DNA from: Methanobacteriota archaeon
Lineage (GTDB): Archaea > Thermoplasmatota > E2 > DHVEG-1
NCBI GenBank assembly: GCA_026394495.1
Contig: JAPKYE010000072.1
Coordinates: forward strand, 1,394-65,393
Reading direction: 5' to 3'
DNA: 64,000 nucleotides
Part shown: piece by piece, positions 18,702 to 29,355 of the stretch
Layout of the letters: every line of letters begins with the position of its first letter
How positions within the stretch are numbered: the first letter of the stretch is position 1
The notes under the pieces: model-generated
The model's input: only the letters and a program-made list of their open reading frames with translations
Database searches by the model: none
What the model was told of the DNA's origin: nothing
Translations under genes and position numbers: made by a program

Positions 18702-19955
18702 TTATGTCGTTGGTGTTATCAGTGGTTTTCTTTGTTCTTTTACTTGTTCTTCTAATTTCTCTATCTTTTTAAGTAGATAGAGTGATATATCAGAGGGTTG
18801 TTGTTGCATTGATTGTGTTTTTGGTTCTTGTAACTGTGTCTGTAGATTCTTGATAGTGGTTTGTAGTTGGGTGATTTGTTCTTGTTGCTGTTTAAGTTGT
18901 TCTTGTTCTTGTGTAGGTTTTGATGGTTCTTGAGGTTTAGGAGTCTCTGGTGTTTTGTTGTTTAGAGTTAGTGCTTTATTGATCTTTGCTCGAATGTTTG
19001 TGTCCATTTTTGGCTGTATGTAGACTTCCTCTAAGGTCTTTGTATTCCTGTGTCCTGTCTGCAACGCTATCTCTTTGAGTGACATTCCCGAAGCATCTAA
19101 TCTGGTTGCACCTGAATGTCGCCAGAGTTGAGGGAATACTGAACCTCTTGGGAGTCCTAATTGTCTCTCGTATTTTGTCATAATGTAGTTAACACTGTTT
19201 GGTTGGAATCTATACCCCAAGTCATTAAGAAATAACGAGTCCTTATGGTATAGTTTTCTTCCCCAATTATCGGTGTATTCTCCTTTTGACCTTGCATTCT
19301 TGCATCCTTCTGCTGGTTGTGGTCGTATTCTGCGATACTCGTTAAGAGAGTCGATAGTGTCCTGAAATAGAGTTACTGTAAACTCCCCGTTCTCTTCACC
19401 TTTTGGGTTTATGATTTTACACTCGTAGTATTTTGTTCCATTGTCTTCTACTTTGCCATTCCAGTCTATGTCTTCATCGTTGAGATGTACTATTGATGAT
19501 TTTCTTTGTGGGATAGCGAAGAATAGTTTCATCATTGAGTGGTGACATAGATTGTTTTTAGATGCGAGAAATAGTCGTTCTATTATGTCGTCTGTTAGGA
19601 CTTCTCTTTTTACTTTCTTGTGTGGTGGTGGTGTCAATAATGCTCTGTTTTCGTTTTTGTCGATTTCGTCAATGATGTTGTTAATTTTGTTGGCTTTGAG
19701 ATACCTTAGAAATACTCTGAATGCATTACATCTAATGCACATAGCGTTAGGTTTTGTTTCTCCTTGTTTTACTTGTTCATCCCAATATGATCTCCATTTC
19801 TCAATGTCCTTAAGCGTTATATTCTCTGGTTCTTTATTGAGATGCTTTAGTATTAGTCCTACGTTGCAAGTATAACCTACCAATGTTGCTCTGCTTTTGC
19901 CTCTGCTTTTCAGATAGTTTTCAAATGACTTCAAGATGTGGTTTTCTTTGGTCAT
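18702..19955 (-). CDS. int: Tyrosine recombinase/integrase with Q-rich coiled-coil tail
   Basis: PQRKS (R), PQLWRH, QTGH...LEEVY; N-terminal SAM-like domain. Confidence 0.88.
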   Translation of the reverse strand: MTKENHILKSFENYLKSRGKSRATLVGYTCNVGLILKHLNKEPENITLKDIEKWRSYWDEQVKQGETKPNAMCIRCNAFRVFLRYLKANKINNIIDEIDKNENRALLTPPPHKKVKREVLTDDIIERLFLASKNNLCHHSMMKLFFAIPQRKSSIVHLNDEDIDWNGKVEDNGTKYYECKIINPKGEENGEFTVTLFQDTIDSLNEYRRIRPQPAEGCKNARSKGEYTDNWGRKLYHKDSLFLNDLGYRFQPNSVNYIMTKYERQLGLPRGSVFPQLWRHSGATRLDASGMSLKEIALQTGHRNTKTLEEVYIQPKMDTNIRAKINKALTLNNKTPETPKPQEPSKPTQEQEQLKQQQEQITQLQTTIKNLQTQLQEPKTQSMQQQPSDISLYLLKKIEKLEEQVKEQRKPLITPTT

Positions 19956-19959
19956 TCAA

Positions 19960-20283
19960 TCACCTTTCGTTTGCTTTAGACAAAGATGTTTCACTATTAT
20001 GTTGTCCATCTTCGCCAATAGTTAAATCACTCTGGGTATTAAGATACTTTACCGAGCAATTTATAAATAAGGATTTGTCAAACCTCTTCAAAGGTCTTAG
20101 ATAATAGTCTTTTCTTTGTTTATTTTCTATATCTCGTTCTTTAATCGCTTCTTGACAAATTGATTTTAATAAATTATCTATAAATTCTTGAATATACTCT
20201 ACAGATTCACTACTAACTTCTCCGCCAACATAATCTTTTAAAACTCTCTTTAATCTTTTATATGTTAAAGCATTCTCTCTCAT
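19960..20283 (-). CDS. Histone-fold-like protein
   Basis: LTYKRLKRVLK...EVSSESVEYIQEFIDNLLKSICQEA resembles histone a1-L1-a2. Confidence 0.55.
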   Translation of the reverse strand: MRENALTYKRLKRVLKDYVGGEVSSESVEYIQEFIDNLLKSICQEAIKERDIENKQRKDYYLRPLKRFDKSLFINCSVKYLNTQSDLTIGEDGQHNSETSLSKANER

Positions 20284-20445
20284 CGTTCATTTCCATATTT
20301 TGAATTACAACATCTAAAAACACAAACAAGGTCTACAGGAGAGACACATTAAAATCTTGTTTAGGTAGGGATAATCATCCAACCTAAACCATATCTGCTA
20401 TATATCACTGATTTTACTAAATATTCTCATTAGTTCTATATGGTT

Positions 20446-20652
20446 TTAGACTACTGTATGCTTCTGCATAATCTTCTTAATATCAGAGAGCATTTCCATA
20501 TCTTTTTGGAATGATTCCTTACTGATTTCTATAGATTGTATTCTGTATCCGCATTTGTCACATATTCTGGTTCTGGTAAGGTATCCTGTTCTTTTAGATA
20601 AATATGTTACTTTTGCCATTAGCCTACCATCACTACACTTACTACACTTCAT
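20446..20652 (-). CDS. Zn-ribbon protein (NrdR/Ogr-like N-terminus)
   Basis: MKCSKC...RTRICDKCGYR..SIE. Confidence 0.65.
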   Translation of the reverse strand: MKCSKCSDGRLMAKVTYLSKRTGYLTRTRICDKCGYRIQSIEISKESFQKDMEMLSDIKKIMQKHTVV

Positions 20653-21299
20653 AGGGTATACCTCACAAGTGAATCTTCAGATTCTTGTTTCTTATCTACA
20701 CCTTTAACCACATAACATCCTTTGTCCTTGTTTTTGTTGTAGATCACTTCATTTAGATTATTCTTTGATTTTACTTCATCTGTGAAAATTCTATATTCTT
20801 TGTTGTTGGTATCCCAGATATAATAAACATTTATTCTTCTATCATTTCCAAGTATTCCCATCTTTCCAATGTGTACTAAATCTTTTACATCTGGTTCTAT
20901 ATAGTCTGTTCTACGGGTTTCTAATCTCTTGTTCATTTGTTCTATTGATGAAAAACACTTTTCTGCTGATTCCTTACTTGTTTTCCTACACCAAAATGTC
21001 TTATTAGGTGAATATATCCTGTCACATTCGGGTATTGCCTCATCATTAATTGTATATGGTTCTGGGAATCTTAAGATATCAGATACCTTATTTCTATATT
21101 GTTTTAAGATTGTGTGAGGATTAAATGGTTTATGTTTAGTTATCTTTTTGATTCCGTTTCTGAAGCAATCATTTACTACGTATTCTCCATGTTGATACTG
21201 CCTATGGTATTGAAGTTCACTATCGGATTCAAATTTAGCTTGACATCTTTTACAGGTTAGTATTTTATTTTCTACCTTTTTCATTTCTTTGTTTACCAA
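20649..21299 (-). CDS. C2H2 zinc-finger-containing hypothetical protein
   Basis: CKRC..KF.....L..H....H. Confidence 0.6.
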   Translation of the reverse strand: MVNKEMKKVENKILTCKRCQAKFESDSELQYHRQYQHGEYVVNDCFRNGIKKITKHKPFNPHTILKQYRNKVSDILRFPEPYTINDEAIPECDRIYSPNKTFWCRKTSKESAEKCFSSIEQMNKRLETRRTDYIEPDVKDLVHIGKMGILGNDRRINVYYIWDTNNKEYRIFTDEVKSKNNLNEVIYNKNKDKGCYVVKGVDKKQESEDSLVRYTL

Positions 21300-21325
21300 T
21301 AACTACAGAGCAAAATACAGATATT

Positions 21326-21457
21326 CTAAAATCTCCTTCTTTCATCACGTATCTTTCTAAGACATCCCCTACAATAAACATCTCTTCCTTCTGTTGGTAC
21401 AAAAGGTACAGTAGTCTCTACACCACACTTTGAACAGATTACTTTATTTTCTTCCAT
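21326..21457 (-). CDS. CxxC-x17-CxxC domain protein (43 aa)
   Basis: Manual translation MEENKVICSKCGVETTVPFVPTEGRDVYCRGCLRKIRDERRRF; too short for the ORF track. Confidence 0.8.
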   Translation of the reverse strand: MEENKVICSKCGVETTVPFVPTEGRDVYCRGCLRKIRDERRRF

Positions 21458-21816
21458 TAAATTTCTTTACTCTTTCTGATAATTATTACACATCTAAAAA
21501 CAATATCTTATTTACTCTTACTAATAGTGTTTAATTCTTTTGTTAAAACGTAATCTAATAGTTCATCAACAGATATTCCTAATTTCTCTGCTGTTCTTTC
21601 AAGAACCTCTGCGTTAGGTTTTGAGAATCCTTTTAGTTCTCTTCGCATGATTTCTCTGCTCGATATTCACACATTGAACTATCGAATGCTTTCCGTATGA
21701 TATTCTTCAATAATTCCCGTTCTTGCTCTGGGTTCATATCTTACTATTCCTCTAGGTTATATTGACATTAAAACATTTTCTTTTTGGTTACTTAATTCAT
21801 AGTGGGGTTTATTGTG

Positions 21817-22488
21817 TTATTTTTCCCAATCCTCAGAATACAGGTCTTTTCGTTTCCTTTTCCTCCCTCCTGAGAAAGTGAACATATCCATACTTTCTGG
21901 GTCGGTAATCCATCCTTCTTGATCTGGTAGTTCTTCGACTATTGGTGCTGGTGTATTGACTCTTATACCTTGGATTTTTACATCATCTTCTTTTAGATGT
22001 TGTTTTGATTGGATTTTGAGGAGTTTATCTTGGTGTTGATAGAGTTTTTGGAGTTCATTCTTTTCTTTTTGGGTCATTGGTCTACATTGTTTTCCTTGGC
22101 ATTCTTCAAATTTATAACAATATTTATCGCAATCTTTAGCACATCGTTTTATACGTTCAAGGTCTGAGATTTGTTTCTCTGTATCTTGTACACTTAGTTT
22201 GTGTATTGTATCTCTGTCTTCATCCTTTTCACCTATGATGTATCTTTCATTGAGTTCCTTAAGGAGTTGTATTGCTGTTTTTATTGTTCTTTGATTTGGT
22301 TCTATCTTAAGGTCTGTGGGATAGGTCTTTATCATCTTTTTATAATATTTTATCGTTCTGTTGATGCTAGTTCTGGAATCGTCAATATGTGCTTTGATTA
22401 TATCTTGTACAAGTTTGTGGTGACACTTATCTAATATTTCAGATACGATTTTATCATATCGCTGTCTGGTTACTTTTACTTCTTTCAT
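21817..22488 (-). CDS. Hypothetical protein
   Basis: 223-aa ORF, Cys cluster, co-oriented with the element genes. Confidence 0.65.
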   Translation of the reverse strand: MKEVKVTRQRYDKIVSEILDKCHHKLVQDIIKAHIDDSRTSINRTIKYYKKMIKTYPTDLKIEPNQRTIKTAIQLLKELNERYIIGEKDEDRDTIHKLSVQDTEKQISDLERIKRCAKDCDKYCYKFEECQGKQCRPMTQKEKNELQKLYQHQDKLLKIQSKQHLKEDDVKIQGIRVNTPAPIVEELPDQEGWITDPESMDMFTFSGGRKRKRKDLYSEDWEK

Positions 22489-22883
22489 ATCAAATCCTAT
22501 CTAATCTTTTTACAGATAACAAACATTAAGCACTTGCCTACAAATTAATCTACTTAACAAGGTTTATGTATTCGTTCTTTCAGATACTTCTTTTGTAACG
22601 AATAGACTCAAATCTTCTATTTTAGTGCCTAAAAACCTCCAGGAGGGAAACAGGCTTAAGGGTTCACATGCTAATCCTTACATGGTCTTCCAACAGATAT
22701 AACGGATGAGTATGCTTAGCATTTACAGTGTCTATTTTAGTACCCCCTAATATAGTGAAGGGGTAGCTACCATGGCATTACATTATATGATTTTTAGTGA
22801 ATTTTCTTAGTCCTTATGGCATTTTGGAGTCCACTTTTGACTAAGGGTGTCTATATTTTCCATACCTGTTGGGTATCCAATAG

Positions 22884-23042
22884 TTAAAATGTGGTACAAT
22901 CACCTATGTTTTTAGAATTATTAAGTTCTTTCAATGCTGTGAACATAAGATACTCTTTCCAAGTTCTACATTTTAATTTCCTTTTTGCTTTCCTTAATAT
23001 TCTATGTTCTTGGTCTGTCAACGGGATATGAAAAGTTTTCAT
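22884..23042 (-). CDS. Ribbon-helix-helix DNA-binding protein (52 aa)
   Basis: MKTFHIPLTDQEHRILRKAKRKL...TWKEYL; AGGAG upstream. Confidence 0.6.
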   Translation of the reverse strand: MKTFHIPLTDQEHRILRKAKRKLKCRTWKEYLMFTALKELNNSKNIGDCTTF

Positions 23043-23577
23043 TTAATTCTCCTAAATCTTCTACATAAAAACACAGTAACTTACTTTTTTATACTCTCTC
23101 ATTAATATATAGAGTTCCATATAACCATGTCTTTTTAAGATTTCTACTCTGTTGAGGTACAGGTAAGTTTATTAGGGAGAAATACAGAAACCTCATTCCC
23201 TCCTGTTGATTTTGAGAATTTGAGGTATCTCCTTCGAGAGACCGTGCTACAAGTGGATTTTCCCTAATATATAAAGATATGTGGACTAAATTGCTAATGG
23301 TTATCATACCTAAAATACATTGAAAATAATGATATCATTTACTTGGGAATCTTATTGTAAGATATTGTAGAAGAGTAACTGGATATCGTTTCTTAAATTC
23401 TGTGTAGTCGAGAATTAATGCCATTAAACCAAAGAATAGACTCCCTGTGATAAATCGGAAGTCAAGAGAACATAGACTCCAATTAAAGAGAAATAGGCTT
23501 GTGATGGCTAAAACCAATTTTAAGATATATCTATAGTTTAGTTTCATCTGTACCATGAAAGAAAAGGAGATAGAAAT

Positions 23578-23769
23578 CTATCTCTTGTTTAGGGTATAGT
23601 TGCCTACGAGGTTTCCGTTAGAATCTAAAAGGATTCCTTGCTTTGTGTTTCCTTGTTCTAGTTTTAAGATTGCATCTTTTAGAATGTGTATAACCTCTTC
23701 TTGTGGATTCTCATCAAAGGCTTGGTTATCAGTTCGGATGGTGAGTTTAAACATCTTTATTTTCTCCAT
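23578..23769 (-). CDS. Small virus-like hypothetical protein
   Basis: FKLTIRTDNQAF...LDSNGNLVG pattern. Confidence 0.55.
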   Translation of the reverse strand: MEKIKMFKLTIRTDNQAFDENPQEEVIHILKDAILKLEQGNTKQGILLDSNGNLVGNYTLNKR

Positions 23770-25050
23770 CGTGGGGTTAATGTGTAGATTTGTTTTCTTC
23801 CGATTAACTGTAGCGGTGAGTATTGGTTTTTACCGTCAAGGATTGGTACTCGTAAGGTGACGTTTATCATTTCTTTTCTGAGTCTATTCTCTCGTTTACA
23901 GATGATAGGCTTTTGATAGATTTCTTCGAGTATCTGTAAGAAGGATACTGTCTCATATGGTCTGTTTCGTATCTGTATGGTCGGGGGAAGTTGTCCGCAT
24001 CCTAAAAATAAACAGGTATCCTGTAGGGATATTGTTGATTCCATCGGATCACGCCCTACTCGTTTATGATTTCATCTATTCTTTGGAGTTGTTCTGTGCT
24101 GTAGTCAAAAAGAATAAGAGAGTTGATGATTCTCTCTTTATAAGTTAGATTGTCTTCTGTGGTCATTGTATCCCTTATTCCTCTGTGTAACCATCAAACC
24201 ATAAGACGTTTCCAGATTCATCTTTCTTATGGGTTGTTTCAAGGGAACAGTGGTATTGTGCTTGTTTTAGTGTAAGACCGCTATCTATGGTTCTTTGTCG
24301 TTTGTTTTCATCTCGATAGAAGCGAATAATCTTATAACTCATTATTTCGCCTCCTCTCTTAAGATGAATTCTGTAAATCTTTCTCTGTCAAATCTTGGGT
24401 TGTCTTCTTCAAAGAACTTGATAAAATCATCTATAAGTGGTTTGTGTGCTTGGTTCTTTGCTAAAATGAATCCTATAGATTTATAGTGTTGACGAGAGAA
24501 CATCTTAAGACACCCCCAAGGCTCTAGTTAATCTTTGGTGGATGTCGTAGAATTCTTCTAAACTTAAGGGGTCATCTTTTAGAGTTACTGTAGAGGGGAA
24601 TCGTTGCATATCTTCTACAGTTTCGAATACACATCCTTTGTACTTTATGAGATGGCTCTCAATGATTCCTTCTATCTGAGAATAAGAGATAGTGGTCATT
24701 TTAGCACCCTTCCCAACAGTAGAAATTAACTGATTTTGTAGGAAGGGCTCGGATGATATACCCTTCTTTTCTTTTGGTTTCTGCAAATGCTTTTGAGGTT
24801 GTAAAATCTACAATCTCAAAGACTGTTAGTTCTTGGTGTTCTTGCCTCTGAGAAAGTTCTTTAAATCCCCTTTCGTTTCTTGGTTCGGGGATATGAAGAA
24901 CCATCTCTTCTTTGCCGTTGATGTGGTTTTTCATATTCTCATTTCCTTTTGTTTTGTTGTATTCAGTAAAGCATACCAAATATATAAAGTTATTCAGTTG
25001 AGGATAAATAAGGATACCAAGGTTATAAATGTGAACAGGGATTCATAAGT

Positions 25051-25191
25051 ATGGTACGAATTGGTGTAAGTATAGATAAGAAGGATTTAGAGAAGTTGCG
25101 GAAGATATCAATAGATGAGAAGCGACCTCTTTCAAATCAAATAGTGTATATGCTGGAGTTCTATCTCAAGTTCAAGGATAAAGTAAAGTGA
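25051..25191 (+). CDS. Arc/CopG-like ribbon-helix-helix regulator (46 aa)
   Basis: MVRIGVSIDKKDLEKLRKISIDEKRPLSNQIVYML; the only clear plus-strand gene of the element, behind a TATA at about 25023. Confidence 0.75.
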   Translation: MVRIGVSIDKKDLEKLRKISIDEKRPLSNQIVYMLEFYLKFKDKVK

Positions 25192-25199
25192 TTGTTCTT

Positions 25200-26345
25200 T
25201 CCCCTTACTATATCCCCTATCTCATTGTAAAGAAGAAAAAAGAAGAAAGAGTAAATCAAAGGAACTTTCTTTTCTTTTTCTTTATTATTTCTTTTTCTAT
25301 TCTTTGAATAAGATAATAATAGGAACTCTGTAGAGATAGGAACTCTGTTATCGGGGATAGATTCATTTGATTTATTGGGAACTTATTAGTAATAACTAAG
25401 GGGTCTGAAAGAACAGGTTAGGAGTAAGGAATAGGTAATAGGAACTTGTTATATGAAAGTGAGGATAAGGAGCTAACTATATACTATCCCTCAAATGAGC
25501 CTATTAAACACACACATAAGGAGTAATCCCCTATCTATATGCTCTATTCTATAGATTCATTGAGATAATAAGGTTTTTACTGCTCTATCTTCTTAAAAAG
25601 ATTTATTTAATTATTTAGTTCTTTCACCATGTCTTAAGGACTTATCAAGTATATCTTTTTCAAGGGAATAATAAGAGATATTCTCTCCTGTTGTTAGATT
25701 AAAATGCCTTGGAAGGTATAATTATGTGTCTAAGGGGTAGGGTTAGAGTATCTAATAGAGGTTTTAAGGATAGTTACTCCTGTTGAGGGTTGAGATGCCT
25801 CTCTCCTGTTGGCTCTATAAACTGAGAAACTGAGGTATTCTCTAAAACTATGGGGTTCTTGGGTTCACTAAATCACATAATCTTTAAGATTCTATTGGAT
25901 TCTACAGAGGAATGATTCATAATAGAGTATTATGTTTCATTCTCCTGTTAGTATATAAAGACAATCTTAAAATCTAAACTAATATTTTTCTTTATTCTTA
26001 AGGATACTACAAGGGATTAGTATTAATTAACAGAGGAGATATAGGTATCTATCAGGGGAGATAAGATATATCTACAGATAGGAACGGCATAAGGGGTAGT
26101 AAAATACTATCCTCTTCTGTACATAGCTTAGTGTCTCATTATTACTATAACTTTTTGTATATTCCTTTATATACTAAACGTCAATAAATCTCTCTAATCC
26201 TTACCATCGTATCACTGATACGGCATATAGGGTAATATCCCCAACAGGAGTGGAGTATAATTATCTGTAACAGTGGTATATCATGTTTTAAGATGATATA
26301 GATGTTACGGATTTCTTGGTTAAAGTAGACTTTCTCCTGTTGGAT
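25200..26345. repeat. Non-coding iteron-like repeat region
   Basis: CTCCTGTTR at 25685, 25777, 25803, 25942, 26334 and inverted at 26242; tandem taggaactctgt at 25320 and 25337. Confidence 0.6.
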
Positions 26346-26860
26346 TCATTCTCTATCAACTTGGCTATACTCTTTCTACAGTCAGAGCATAACAGTGCTG
26401 AAAACTCTACTAAAAGTGTGTTAACATTCTTGTAATTTTTGTCTAAATCGCCAATAAGATTGTATATAGATTCTCTATCATCCAATAGACGTGATTTGAT
26501 TCGACCAAGACGATTATTTAGCATCTTCTCTAAATCTGATCTAACACCTTTCGGCATATTGGTGTTAGCTAATATAGTCTGAATATTATCTATAATATCT
26601 TGGATATCTTCTAATGTTTTAGATATATTTGATTTGTAGGTATGCTTAAAATCATCTATTCCAGAAGGTATATCTTTAGCCTTGGTGGATATATTGGCAT
26701 AATCTACTTTCTTAAAGAATCGACATAAATCCATCTTGTTAATATCTACTACATTATGTTTTGTTTTTAGTTCTTCTAACATCTTGGAATAACCAAGACA
26801 CCTTAACCTCATTTCTTTAATAACTTCTGAAAGACCCATTGATTCTATCTTATTGACCAT
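26288..26860 (-). CDS. HTH plus coiled-coil protein, possibly terminase small subunit-like (DUF3486-like)
   Basis: NKIESMGL.E.I......GYSKMLEELK.....INKMDLCRFF N-terminus. Confidence 0.4.
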   Translation of the reverse strand: MVNKIESMGLSEVIKEMRLRCLGYSKMLEELKTKHNVVDINKMDLCRFFKKVDYANISTKAKDIPSGIDDFKHTYKSNISKTLEDIQDIIDNIQTILANTNMPKGVRSDLEKMLNNRLGRIKSRLLDDRESIYNLIGDLDKNYKNVNTLLVEFSALLCSDCRKSIAKLIENESNRRKSTLTKKSVTSISS

Positions 26861-27158
26861 TCTTGATTACCTCATGTATTTTCTTGTCCAAAGGAGTGAA
26901 TAGAAGGTTATCTTTTTCCTTCTGAATCTCATTACCTAATATCTTGGTTTGTTCTTTTAGATTCATTAGTGTTTCCTCAAGATGTGTTTTCTCTAATTCT
27001 TCCCTTGCTCGTTCCTCAGTAGCTAATCTATTCTGCTCTATAGCTAGTCTATTCTTTCTTAATTTGTTCTGGTTCCTTAAAAATTGTTCTACTACCATTT
27101 GATTCATTCCCATCTCGTATAATTTTAACATCGACTGCTTTCCTATGCTTACCTCCAT
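26850..27158 (-). CDS. Coiled-coil hypothetical protein
   Basis: Overlapping ORF in the operon. Confidence 0.5.
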   Translation of the reverse strand: MEVSIGKQSMLKLYEMGMNQMVVEQFLRNQNKLRKNRLAIEQNRLATEERAREELEKTHLEETLMNLKEQTKILGNEIQKEKDNLLFTPLDKKIHEVIKNGQ

Positions 27159-27333
27159 AGTAAGATAATATACTAAAAGTCACATAGTCACCTATTCGAA
27201 TCTCCTTTATAGGTGAGTAATCGGAGTCACTGGCGTGGAAAAACACTGTCTCATCATCTCCCCCATATTTTATTTCCCCTGATCTGCGAAATTTATCATA
27301 TTCTGAAACAATTCCTTTAAGAATTTCTACCAT
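27049..27333 (-). CDS. Cold-shock domain protein
   Basis: KGIV..Y.....G.I......VFFHASD...GDYVTF...AVDV. Confidence 0.75.
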   Translation of the reverse strand: MVEILKGIVSEYDKFRRSGEIKYGGDDETVFFHASDSDYSPIKEIRIGDYVTFSILSYYGGKHRKAVDVKIIRDGNESNGSRTIFKEPEQIKKE

Positions 27334-27602
27334 TTATATCTCTTATTTATTATCTAAACATTTACATCTTCTTTCAGATGTCCTGACATTTTGGAGTAAT
27401 ACTCTATTCTTTTAGAATCACTTAAAACTCCATTACTTGAAGGATATTCCTTACACTGGTCTATCGCTTCATCAACCCAATTATCTATCTTTGACATTAT
27501 ACTTTCTCCTTAGAATACTCATATTTTAACATCTCCTTATCTTGTTCTAAAGATGACAGTATCCTCCTGTAGTATTTTAGTTTCTTCAATCTAATAAATT
27601 CT

Positions 27603-27836
27603 TTATTCCTGTCCATTGATTTTCCTAACAAAGATTGCTCTATCTAAATCCTCAGATGATAGAGTAAATTCAACATATGTTCCTTTTTGTGGAATAAACT
27701 TACAATCCTCCCTTAAGAAGAATATATTTCTGTTATCTGGGTCTTCTAAAGAGTTAATAAAACCAGTATTAGACTCATAGTCAAACCATCTTATAATTCC
27801 TTGTGGCATCCTAACCTCCTGTGTTTTAAGATTCAT
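27603..27836 (-). CDS. Cold-shock domain protein
   Basis: GIIRWFD....GFI...IFF...G..VEF...A..V. Confidence 0.8.
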   Translation of the reverse strand: MNLKTQEVRMPQGIIRWFDYESNTGFINSLEDPDNRNIFFLREDCKFIPQKGTYVEFTLSSEDLDRAIFVRKINGQE

Positions 27837-28157
27837 TTTGTATAATTACATTTCATAACGAATGATTCGTTAAAAACTAAAATCTATAAACTTTCTTCAA
27901 AGATTCTGTGATCTCATAAGGAGAGAGTATTCGTTACATTTAACGGTATTCTTATTAATGGATAAACGGATGAATCTCCTATCTTAAGTTCCTCCTGTTG
28001 GGATTAAGTTGATATAAATTTCTTATGGAGGAAGTATTCTTTTATATTTTGGTTTAGAAAAGTATACTATACATAATAAGAGAATTATAATTATTGATGT
28101 GTGTACTGTTAAATGGTTGTGTCATATCTATAAGTACTCTATTTCTCTCCTGTTGAA

Positions 28158-28775
28158 TTATATTGGATAGTTGATAGAGTAAGGGGAAATATCTATCTCC
28201 TTTCTCTCTACGATTTTCTTTATTAATTCAGGAGTATAATGCTCTTTAAATTTAATTACTAAAACTTTATCATTCTTTAATTGCTCTTCAATATAAGAAA
28301 TGTTCCTGTGATTAATCGCTATTACGTGTTGGTATCTATTGAGTCTATCCCAAGTATAAAATTTAGATACTAATCGTGTCTTATAGAAATAATTCATCTG
28401 ATACCTTAGTTTCTTCCAATTTGCTACTTCTATTAGATACTTGTAGATATTGTTGTTACTGTCTGTTATTCTAAGGTAATAATCTATCCCTTTTTGACCT
28501 CTGTAATAGTGCCTTAAAGTATAGGAGTTAGGGATTGATTTAAAACTCTGAATATATCCATATTTTCTTAAGGTTTTGTTAGTATTATAAGCAAAGATAT
28601 ATTCACCAAGTCTGCCCTTAACATTATTAGCATCTTTTCCCATATTAATTGTCTTAAGAATATGATGAATCATATCTGTGTTTAATCTCCAATTCATACT
28701 TTCATTCTGTAATATCTCTATAGGATTCGAGATATGGCTTTCGCTAACCGATATAATTTCTTTAAAAGTAGACAT
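28158..28775 (-). CDS. PD-(D/E)XK-type nuclease-like protein
   Basis: KGRLGE...GIDYY...LIEVANW. Confidence 0.55.
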   Translation of the reverse strand: MSTFKEIISVSESHISNPIEILQNESMNWRLNTDMIHHILKTINMGKDANNVKGRLGEYIFAYNTNKTLRKYGYIQSFKSIPNSYTLRHYYRGQKGIDYYLRITDSNNNIYKYLIEVANWKKLRYQMNYFYKTRLVSKFYTWDRLNRYQHVIAINHRNISYIEEQLKNDKVLVIKFKEHYTPELIKKIVERKEIDISPYSINYPI

Positions 28776-29355
28776 CTATTCATCTGAAATTATTTTAAGA
28801 CATTTAGAATCTATTTTGTGGTAGATAATACGAGTATCTTCCAATGATGAAATAAACTCTTTAATTTTCTTAATACCTTCAACATCTGTCTTAACGATTA
28901 CTCCAAAATTGAAGTAACTCTTCATAAAATTATTCAGATCAATTTCGTTATTCATTTTCTTATCCTATCCAATTATAATTACAAATCTACAAACAAAAGG
29001 TTAAGGAGAGGATGAAAACACCCTCTTCTTTCAAACCCATCAATAGTATAGCTTTTTTACCTCAAAATGATAGACTAATGTGTATTTTCTTCACTTTTTG
29101 ATTTATGGCTATATTATGACCCCTAAAAGTCTATCTCGGAGAGAGTATCTATCGTCTATCGCATCTACGAGTTGTTGATCTTGGAGTTCTAATATTGACT
29201 TTATCCGCCTTTCTACTCTTGTTTGTTGTTTGCGGAAGTGGATATTTCTCATAAGGATTTTCTGTTGGTTGTTCATCTACATTCTCTTCACTCGGAAGAG
29301 GATAATTACTAATTGGTTTCTTAATTGCCATATTAATTCTTTCCTTTTATAAATT

